The notes under the pieces are model-generated. The model saw only the letters and a list, made by a program, of their open reading frames with translations, ran no database searches and was not told the DNA's origin. The position numbers and the translations under genes are program-made. A stretch of DNA of 64,000 bases, taken from Sphaerochaetaceae bacterium. GTDB taxonomy: Bacteria > Spirochaetota > Spirochaetia > Sphaerochaetales > Sphaerochaetaceae. The stretch lies in NCBI GenBank assembly GCA_965140795.1, contig OZ223470.1:2115579-2179578 (forward strand), given 5' to 3'. Shown piece after piece: positions 19,612 to 27,705 of the stretch. The stretch's first letter is position 1, and each line of letters starts with the position of its first letter.

Positions 19612-20769
19612 ATGAATAATTTTTATTTTAACATAAACACAAAGATTTATTTTGGAACGGATCAACTTACACATTTAAATGAGCTGAAAAATTTTGGAAG
19701 AAAAGTTCTATTAGTATATGGTGGGGGAAGTATAAAACGTAATGGGCTCTATCAAAAGGTTTGTAATATATTAAGAAATAACGATTTAGAGATTGATGAA
19801 TTAAGTGGTGTAGCTCCAAATCCAAAAATTGACACTGTTCGTAAAGGTGTTAAATTGTGTAAAACTAATAAAATTGATATGGTTTTGGCAGTAGGTGGTG
19901 GAAGTGTTATTGATTGTGCTAAAATAATTGCTGCGGGATCTTGTTATGCAAAAGATCCTTGGGACTTAATTGAAAATGGTAAGAAAATAGAAAGCTCTTT
20001 GCCTATTATTACTATTTTGACAATGTCAGCTACTGGCTCAGAGATGGATCCTTTTGCAGTGATTTCTGATTTATCTAGAAATTTAAAGATGGCCACTGAA
20101 TCACAATATATTAGACCTAAATTGTCTATACTAAATCCTGAATTTACTTTTTCTGTTCCTAAAAAACAAACAGCTGCAGGTATAGCTGATATATTTAGTC
20201 ATACTTGTGAAAATTATTTTAATAATGTGAAAGGGGCTTCTATCCAATCTCATTTTGCAGAAGGGGTTTTTAGAACAGTAATAGAGTTTGGCCCAATTGC
20301 ATATAATGAACCTAATGATTATATAGCTAGAGCTAATTTAATGTGGGCCTCAAGTATGGCTATAAATGGGATAATATCATTGGGTAATGAAGTTGCTTGG
20401 AGTGTCCATCCAATTGAACATGAATTAAGTGCATTTTATGATATAACTCACGGAGTTGGTTTAGCAATTTTAACAACATATTGGATGGAATATATTATAA
20501 ACAAAGACCCTAAGACAATAGATAAATTTGTTCAATTTGGTAAAGAAGTTTGGAAAATAAGTGATAAAAATAAACCTCTTGATATTGCTAAAATATCTAT
20601 TGAAAAAACAAGAGCCTTTTTTGATCAACTTAATCTTCCAAATAAATTGTCTCAAGTAAATATTGACAATACTTACTTCGAAAAAATGGCAAAAAAAGCA
20701 TCTTGTTCTTCTGGATTTTGTCCATTATCTAAAGATGATGTATTAGAAATTTTAAAAATGGCTCTTTGA
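19612..20769 (+). CDS. Iron-containing (group III) alcohol dehydrogenase
   Basis: Motifs VYGGGS, AVGGGSVIDCAK and a His cluster (HPIEHELSAFYDITHGVGLA) are present. The length is 385 aa. Confidence 0.9.
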   Translation: MNNFYFNINTKIYFGTDQLTHLNELKNFGRKVLLVYGGGSIKRNGLYQKVCNILRNNDLEIDELSGVAPNPKIDTVRKGVKLCKTNKIDMVLAVGGGSVIDCAKIIAAGSCYAKDPWDLIENGKKIESSLPIITILTMSATGSEMDPFAVISDLSRNLKMATESQYIRPKLSILNPEFTFSVPKKQTAAGIADIFSHTCENYFNNVKGASIQSHFAEGVFRTVIEFGPIAYNEPNDYIARANLMWASSMAINGIISLGNEVAWSVHPIEHELSAFYDITHGVGLAILTTYWMEYIINKDPKTIDKFVQFGKEVWKISDKNKPLDIAKISIEKTRAFFDQLNLPNKLSQVNIDNTYFEKMAKKASCSSGFCPLSKDDVLEILKMAL

Positions 20770-20836
20770 CGATTATATATAAAAAAGATTTTTTCTATAT
20801 TTAATTAGTTTAAAAATATATGTAAGACTTAAATAT

Positions 20837-20873
20837 AAAAGAGGAATTTTCGATATAACAGAGTTCCTCTTTT
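20837..20873 (+). terminator. Rho-independent terminator of the 11665-20769 operon
   Basis: A 10-bp stem pairs AAAAGAGGAA (20837-20846) with TTCCTCTTTT (20864-20873). Confidence 0.55.
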
Positions 20874-21391
20874 AAGGTATTAGTTGATTCTAATCGATTA
20901 CTTGTTTTCTTATGTGAGCTTTTTTAAGTATATAATAAATACTTATATAATTCAATTTGCTTTTACTGCTTCAATTAAACTATAATATAAAGTTGGAATT
21001 TCTATTCTTTATTGTAATACACTAAATAACTAATTATTTTATAATTTATTTATATAATCTAGATTTGATTTTTTTATATTGTTATTTTATGCTTGGTTTG
21101 TTTATTGTATTGTTATAAATTATAGTCCTTTTTTAAATAATTTTATTACAGATTTTGTTTCAATTTTTGTGGAGTGTTTTATAGTTTTGTAACTAAAAAG
21201 CTAATTTATTAATATTCATTTTTATCAATAAAAATAAGAAAGAAATATTTTATATATCTGTACTGAATCTTTAGCTTCGTATTTTAAAAAAATCTTTCTA
21301 TCTGATAGTATTATAGAATTGATTAATCAAATCGAATTGATTTATAGAATAAATAATAATAGTATGAATTATATTGTTATTGGAGATATTT

Positions 21392-21601
21392 ATGATGAAT
21401 AGATATAAAAGAGGATTTTTATCTGGTTTAGTATTTACTTCTATGTTTTTTATACTTAATTTTTTCTTTACAGAATTAAATCCTTGGTATTTTTATGTAA
21501 TTCTTTTCGTAATATGGTTTGGAATTGCTAGTTCTAAATGGTGGGAAGAGTCTTTAATAGAATATTCTAAAAGAAAAAAGAAAGATCAAGACAAGGAATA
21601 G
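21392..21601 (+). CDS. Small two-TM membrane protein, unknown function
   Basis: I trimmed the ORF to the ATG at 21392, which follows GGAGA. It has two hydrophobic segments and a K/D-rich tail. No family is recognised. Confidence 0.4.
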   Translation: MMNRYKRGFLSGLVFTSMFFILNFFFTELNPWYFYVILFVIWFGIASSKWWEESLIEYSKRKKKDQDKE

Positions 21602-21608
21602 ATTAATT

Positions 21609-22574
21609 ATGAATAAAATAAAAGCATTAGTGCTAATTACTTTGAATGATGATGAGAAGAAGATATTTACTCAATTTGAAGATTCAATAGATTTTACATT
21701 TAAAGACTCTGAAAAAGAGAGAATTGAAAAAGAAGATGTATTTCCTGCAGAAATTATTATTGGACATCCTCCAAGACATTGTTTAAAAGAAGCTTCTAAT
21801 CTTAAGTGGATTCAAACAATTTCTTCTGGTGTTGATTTTTATCTACAAGGTGGAGTATTGCCTAAAAAAGCTATTATTTGTAATGCAAAAGGTTCTTATG
21901 GACAAGCTCAATCAGAGTTTATGTTTGCTATGCTTTTATCATTAATGAAGAAACTACATATTTACAGAGATAATCAAAACAAAGCTTTATGGAGAGATGA
22001 AGGTTCCGTTATTGTTCTTAGAGATTCTACTGCTTTAGTTATTGGCTTAGGTGATATTGGTAGTGAATTTGCTAAAATTTTAAAAGCCTTTGGTGTTTAT
22101 GTTATAGGGGGTAGGCGTGATGCTTCAAAAGAATGTCCTTTTGCTGATGAAGTTCATTCATTTAAAGATTTAGATTCTTTAATTCCAAGAGTTGATATTA
22201 TTGCTATGGTTGTTCCGTCTACTCCAGAAAGTAAAAACCTTATGAGTAAAGAAAGAATTGCTCTAATGAGAGAAAATGCAGTACTTGTTAATACTGGTAG
22301 AGGGATCACTGTTGATAATGAAGCTCTTTGTGATGCTATAGAAAATAAAAAAATAGCAGGTGCTGCTATTGATGTATTTGATCCAGAGCCTATTGATAAA
22401 AATCATAGAGCTTGGAATATAGAAAATTTAATTATTACACCTCATGCTGCAGGGCAAAACTATATGGAACATAATTGGAAGAATACTTTAAAACTAATAG
22501 AAGCTAATCTTAAGTTATATGTAGAAGGAAAAGACTTAATAAATATAGTAGATAGGGATGTATACGAATTTTAA
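21609..22574 (+). CDS. D-isomer-specific 2-hydroxyacid dehydrogenase family protein
   Basis: A Rossmann motif (VIGLGDIGSEFAKIL), NTGRG and the catalytic-region pattern ITPHAAG are present. Confidence 0.85.
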   Translation: MNKIKALVLITLNDDEKKIFTQFEDSIDFTFKDSEKERIEKEDVFPAEIIIGHPPRHCLKEASNLKWIQTISSGVDFYLQGGVLPKKAIICNAKGSYGQAQSEFMFAMLLSLMKKLHIYRDNQNKALWRDEGSVIVLRDSTALVIGLGDIGSEFAKILKAFGVYVIGGRRDASKECPFADEVHSFKDLDSLIPRVDIIAMVVPSTPESKNLMSKERIALMRENAVLVNTGRGITVDNEALCDAIENKKIAGAAIDVFDPEPIDKNHRAWNIENLIITPHAAGQNYMEHNWKNTLKLIEANLKLYVEGKDLINIVDRDVYEF

Positions 22575-22625
22575 ATTATTACATAAAAATATTGGTAAAC
22601 CATAGGTATCCTTAAAAAATAAAGT

Positions 22626-24296
22626 TTATTTATTTGATAATTCTTCAGCTTTGAGTATTTTCTTATGTTTATACATTTCTATATCAACTTGTTTATAGAA
22701 TTCTGTAAAATTTTCATTACCATTATAAATTTTTGTTCCTAAAGCAAGTACAATGTTATATGGCTTGTCGATTGATTTATTTTCAAGTTTTTTGTTTATA
22801 ATTTCTTTATCGTCTTCAAATAATTTATTATCAGGGTCATAAATAATACATGCAAATTCGTCACCACTAATTCTATAGCTTTTTCCTGTATCCTTAATAG
22901 TTTCTTTTATTGTATTATATGATTCTACTATTGCGTAATCACCTTCAATATGGCCATAGGTATCATTTATTTTCTTTAAATGGTTTAAATCAAGTAAAGT
23001 TAATCTAAATACTTTTTTTTGATCAATTAATTTTTCAACATCTCTTTCGAATGCTGTTCTATTCCAACCCTTTGTAAGATAATCTTCATATGCAAGTTGT
23101 TTATAAATTAAAGATTTATTTCTGGCTTCCATTAAATCATGAAGAGATTTAATAGCATCAATCATGATAAGTAAGAAGAAGCCAAAAACACCAAATGCTA
23201 AATACTTGCCTAAATTTTGATAAACTCCTAATAAGAATAATCCCATTATAATTGCAGCAGAAACAAATAATGCTATGAAAATTAATAAGTATTGTTTAGC
23301 TTTACTATTGTCTTTTTTATAGCCTTCATTTATTAACGTATATAAAATTATAAATGCTGAAATAGTAATTATTATTATTGAAAAAATTGTAGTTGCAAGT
23401 AATGAAAGAATTCCTGTAACTTGAAGAATCATTTCACAAATTAATAAAACTATTATTGAAGTTGCAAGAGCAGTAGTTAATTTTTTAAAACCTTTTAATA
23501 CTATATCTCTGAAAAATAATATTATTATTAGAGGTAATACTAAGTTTAGAATATAGCTGGTACTAGATATTAAAAATCTATTAGGAATTAGTATTTGTAG
23601 TAGTGTGGATTCTGAAATTATCCAAAATCCTGCAGCAATTCCAAAAGATGAAAGATAAATAATATGTTTTTTTATTCCTAGCTTTTTTGTCCAAAATAAT
23701 GTTATTAAGGCGAAAATACTAAATAGAATTATAAAAAGGGAAATCATAACATTAATAAAACTTTCATGAATTAGGTTTAATATTATTGCTTCACCTTCAC
23801 CTATCATTATTGTATTTAACAGTCCAGAGAATTGAGTAGTAGGAGTGGAGAAAGTAATTTTTAAAGTTTTTCCTATTGAATCAGCTATAGGTATGTTAAT
23901 TAATTGCCAGGATGAAGGATAGAATCCATTTAATTTATTAATATTTTTTGTCATATCAAATGAATATATCTGCTGATTATCTATATATGCATTAACATCC
24001 ATCATAGAAGATCTTATTCTTAGAATAGGATAAATAAAGTCATCTCTATTGATTGTTCTTTCAATAGAATAAACTGTTTCTGGTTTTAAATGGTAATTTT
24101 GAGGTAATTTTGTTGTAGTTTCTACTACATTATTATAGGAAATCGTCCAGCCTTCATTAAAAGGAGCTATTTTTTCTCTATTAACTCCCATTCCTGTTGG
24201 ATCATCACTAAAGGTGAAGAATAAGATAAAAAAACTATACAAAACTAATAATGAAATATTTATGATAGAAAATGTATTAGTTTTTTTCGTGTGCAT
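22626..24296 (-). CDS. Membrane sensor diguanylate cyclase (extracytoplasmic N-domain + ~7 TM + GGDEF domain with SGDEF motif)
   Basis: The C-terminal GGDEF domain reads DYLTKGWNRTAF...LLDLNHLKKINDTYGHIEGD...YRISGDEF. The N-terminal ~170 aa lie after a signal anchor and are followed by multiple TM segments. Confidence 0.8.
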   Translation of the reverse strand: MHTKKTNTFSIINISLLVLYSFFILFFTFSDDPTGMGVNREKIAPFNEGWTISYNNVVETTTKLPQNYHLKPETVYSIERTINRDDFIYPILRIRSSMMDVNAYIDNQQIYSFDMTKNINKLNGFYPSSWQLINIPIADSIGKTLKITFSTPTTQFSGLLNTIMIGEGEAIILNLIHESFINVMISLFIILFSIFALITLFWTKKLGIKKHIIYLSSFGIAAGFWIISESTLLQILIPNRFLISSTSYILNLVLPLIIILFFRDIVLKGFKKLTTALATSIIVLLICEMILQVTGILSLLATTIFSIIIITISAFIILYTLINEGYKKDNSKAKQYLLIFIALFVSAAIIMGLFLLGVYQNLGKYLAFGVFGFFLLIMIDAIKSLHDLMEARNKSLIYKQLAYEDYLTKGWNRTAFERDVEKLIDQKKVFRLTLLDLNHLKKINDTYGHIEGDYAIVESYNTIKETIKDTGKSYRISGDEFACIIYDPDNKLFEDDKEIINKKLENKSIDKPYNIVLALGTKIYNGNENFTEFYKQVDIEMYKHKKILKAEELSNK

Positions 24297-24608
24297 ATTC
24301 TCTCCTTAATTTAAAATTATAAACAAAAAATTGAAATAAAAAAAGTTTTTAATTAATTAATGCTATTAAAATTTTTAAATTTTAGAGCGAATTATTATTT
24401 ATTTATCATTCTTCTGTTTTGTTTTTTTATATGTTGAAAACAATTTTATAATACATTATTGAATAATACCTATTCAATATGTATTAGCTTATTTTATAAA
24501 AATAAAGAGAATCTTAGGTTACCTTTTTTTAGAGAGAGATAAGGAGAAAAATCAAAATTAATTTTTAAATTTAATTTAGTTATAAATTATAAATTATAAA
24601 TTAAAATA

Positions 24609-25373
24609 TTAGATACAATCTTCTCTTATTTTCTCTAAAAAGTTTTCTTCTTTTGAAGAAATAATTCTAATATTTGAAGGAACTTTTGTATCTTTTGTGC
24701 TTTCAATATTAAAAAGTTCAGGATATCTTGAAATAAGTATAACTAACTCAGTTGATATTTTTTCAAGGTGATGTTGCGTAATTTTTATTGCTCTTTCCAA
24801 ATTTCTGTTTTCAATTGCTAAAATTAAGTCTTTATGATTTTGGATAACATTTTCATATGGACTAATACCTGTTGTTATTGCTAATAATCTAACTCTAAAT
24901 TCATTTGGAGTAAAATCGTTTATCAAATTCCAACATTTTTCTTTTTTAATAGATTTGAATATATTGTTATGGAATTCGTTGTCTTTTTTTGTAAATAAAA
25001 GACTATTTTTTGCTTTTGCATATTTTTCTTGTTCTATTAAACATTCTTTCATTAATTTTAAACTTTTACTATTGTCTATTGTTAACATTTCATTTAGTGC
25101 TTCAATTTCAAGTGCACGTCTAACGAATCTTTCTTCTTCAGTGTTTTTGATATCAATTAAAGATATTCTAGAGCCACTTTGTGGAAAAATTTCAATTAAA
25201 TTTTCTCTATTTAATCTTAGGATTGCTTCTCTTACAGGAGATCTACTTATGTTTAATTTATTTGCAACTGAGGCAACACTTATGCTTTTCCCAGGTTTAT
25301 ATTCTAAATCAAGAATTTTATTTCTTAGTGTGCTATAAACTTCATCTGCCAAATTATTATTACTGTTAGACAT
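24609..25373 (-). CDS. GntR-family transcriptional regulator (FadR/FCD subfamily)
   Basis: A GntR winged HTH (VYSTLRNKILDLEYKPGKSISVASVANKLNISRSPVREAILRL) is followed by a helical C-terminal domain. It is divergent from the operon at 25901. Confidence 0.85.
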   Translation of the reverse strand: MSNSNNNLADEVYSTLRNKILDLEYKPGKSISVASVANKLNISRSPVREAILRLNRENLIEIFPQSGSRISLIDIKNTEEERFVRRALEIEALNEMLTIDNSKSLKLMKECLIEQEKYAKAKNSLLFTKKDNEFHNNIFKSIKKEKCWNLINDFTPNEFRVRLLAITTGISPYENVIQNHKDLILAIENRNLERAIKITQHHLEKISTELVILISRYPELFNIESTKDTKVPSNIRIISSKEENFLEKIREDCI

Positions 25374-25900
25374 TTTAGTTCCTTTTCTATGGGTTCCCCC
25401 TAAAATGATATATACAGTTAATTATTATCTTATATATTTTAGGTACTTACATTTTAGTATGATTATTAAGAATAATCAATAATTATATTTATTAATATGT
25501 TAGTAGTTTATTTATTAAGTTTATATATTATACTAATATATGTGTATTATATATAATATTTTATTAAAACTAAAATACTTTTTATCATTGAATTAATAAA
25601 ATAATAATATATAATTAATTGTATAATAAGTAATTATACATGATATATAATATCGCAATAAAAAATAATTATAAAAGTAATTGACATATTAATTTTTCAT
25701 GTTACACTTTTTACATAAAGCTATTAACATGTTAATAAGACTTATATTACTGATAAAAGCGTTTTAGTAATAGATATTTGAAATTGTTTTACTGGTGTTT
25801 TTGTTAGAAAATGATATATTTAATAATAAAAGGTGTTTGATTAGAAGTTTTAGTATTAATAGTTTTAAAAAAATCTTTATTTTTTTCAAAAGGAGTAATT

Positions 25901-26926
25901 ATGAAAAAGAAAATTTTATTTGTTTTTATGGTTGTCTTATCTGTTGGACTAATTTTTGCAAATGGTCAGAGTGAAAATGATTCTAGTAAATCTGGTGGAT
26001 ATGTTATTGGATTTAGTAATTCCTATAATGGTAATACTTATAGACAAGCTATGGAAAATTTTATGAGAGAAGCAGCTGCTGATTTAAAATCAACCGGAGA
26101 ATTGAAAGAATTAATATTTGCAGAATCAAATCAAAATAATAGTACACAAGTTCAACAAATTGAAAATTTTATTCTTCAAAAAGTTGATGCAATTATTATC
26201 GATCCAGGTTCAGGTACTGCTTTAAATGGTGCAATTCAAGAAGCTTCTGATGCAGGTATTCCTTGTATTATTATTAATGATGGACCTATTTCTTCCAAAG
26301 CTGAGCTATGTTATCAAATTAATTTTGATAATGTTGCAATGATGAGTTATTTAACAGATTATGTTTGTAATGCAATCGGAGGCAAAGGTAATTTAATAGA
26401 ATTAAGAGGTACTGCTGGTTCAAGTTTTGATGGAATTGCACATAGTGGTGTAGTAGAAGGTCTTAAAAATTATCCAAATGTTAATGTAGTTTCAGAAATC
26501 TATACAGATTGGACAGGATCAAAAGCTCAATCTGAATTAGCTTCAGTTTTACCAACACTAACAAGTATTGACGGTATCGTAACTCAAGGTGGAGATTCAT
26601 ATGCTGCAGTTCAAGCTTTCTTATCAGCAGGGTTGGAATTACCAGTAATTGGTGGTGATAATAGAGGTTATTTCTTAAAATGGTGGGCAAATGAAGCTCC
26701 AGAGAATTATGATACAGTTTCAGTTTCTTCAAATCCTTGGGATGGAGCAACTGGATTATATGTTGCTGTAGATATTCTTGATGGATTGGATGTTCCCAAA
26801 GAAATGATTCATCCATTTGCAATTATTACAAAAGATACAGTACAAGAATATAAAGATGTAGCTGATGAGGCTATTTGTTGTCCGACCTATGACCGTGATT
26901 GGGTAAGAACTAATCTTTATAACTAA
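25901..26926 (+). CDS. Sugar ABC transporter substrate-binding protein (CUT2, PBP type I, RbsB-like)
   Basis: A signal peptide is followed by VIGFSNSYNGNTYRQAM and DAIIIDPGS, the pattern of periplasmic-binding-protein type I. Confidence 0.85.
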   Translation: MKKKILFVFMVVLSVGLIFANGQSENDSSKSGGYVIGFSNSYNGNTYRQAMENFMREAAADLKSTGELKELIFAESNQNNSTQVQQIENFILQKVDAIIIDPGSGTALNGAIQEASDAGIPCIIINDGPISSKAELCYQINFDNVAMMSYLTDYVCNAIGGKGNLIELRGTAGSSFDGIAHSGVVEGLKNYPNVNVVSEIYTDWTGSKAQSELASVLPTLTSIDGIVTQGGDSYAAVQAFLSAGLELPVIGGDNRGYFLKWWANEAPENYDTVSVSSNPWDGATGLYVAVDILDGLDVPKEMIHPFAIITKDTVQEYKDVADEAICCPTYDRDWVRTNLYN

Positions 26927-26936
26927 TATTAATAGT

Positions 26937-26958
26937 TGCATATCTTTTATGATATGCA
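26937..26958 (+). promoter_or_regulatory. Intra-operon hairpin directly after the binding-protein gene
   Basis: A perfect 8-bp stem TGCATATC/GATATGCA has a 6-nt loop. No clear U-tract follows. Confidence 0.3.
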
Positions 26959-26990
26959 GCTAAAATATATTTAATTAGGGGGATTTTATT

Positions 26991-27695
26991 TTGAAATTGT
27001 CACAAATAAATGAATTATCGAAATTAATTAATAATTTAGAATTCATTGATTTATCTTATACATTAGAAGAGGGTATGCCTACTTGGCCAACACAAGCTAG
27101 GTATTCTTCAACAATATATGAATCATATGATTATGGAGATGAATCACTTCATTCAAGAATTACATTATCTGAGCACACGGGAACCCATATAGATGCTCCA
27201 AAGCATTTTTATAAAGAAGGATGTTCTATTGATGAGTTAAACGTAAATACTATTTTTTCAAGAGGTGTTAAAATCTCTGCAAAATTCATTGAACCTAAAT
27301 CTTTATTTACATTAAAGGATTTAGATAGATTTGAACAAGAAAATGGTGAAATATCTGAATCAGATATTGTAATGTTTCAATTTGGTTGGGATTCAAAATA
27401 TGGGACATATTTAAATAGTAAAGAGTATATGAAAGATTGGCCAGGAATTAGTGAGGAAGTAGCTGTTGCATTAAAAGAAAAGAAGATTGCTGCTGTTGGT
27501 TGCGATACATTATGTATTGATGTTTATAATTCACCTACTAATCCAGCTCATAAGGTCTTATTAGGAAATAAAATACCGATTATTGAAAATATAAAAAATT
27601 TGGATTTAATCTCTGTTTATTCTTATGTAATAGGGTTACCTAATAAGTTTAAAAATGGATCAGGTTCTCCAATAAGATTAATCTCTTTAAATTAA
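26991..27695 (+). CDS. Cyclase-family metal hydrolase (kynurenine formamidase/isatin hydrolase fold)
   Basis: The motif HTGTHIDAPKHF, with DxxxD/H-type metal ligands, is characteristic of the putative-cyclase family. The start is TTG, after GGGGGA. Confidence 0.75.
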   Translation: MKLSQINELSKLINNLEFIDLSYTLEEGMPTWPTQARYSSTIYESYDYGDESLHSRITLSEHTGTHIDAPKHFYKEGCSIDELNVNTIFSRGVKISAKFIEPKSLFTLKDLDRFEQENGEISESDIVMFQFGWDSKYGTYLNSKEYMKDWPGISEEVAVALKEKKIAAVGCDTLCIDVYNSPTNPAHKVLLGNKIPIIENIKNLDLISVYSYVIGLPNKFKNGSGSPIRLISLN

Positions 27696-27705
27696 AGGAT
27701 GATAA

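Noticed and set aside
24581-24601. Three tandem copies of TATAAAT just downstream of the GntR gene.
   Set aside because: This is a trivial low-complexity microsatellite in an AT-rich spacer. There is no sign of spacer-repeat organisation or function.
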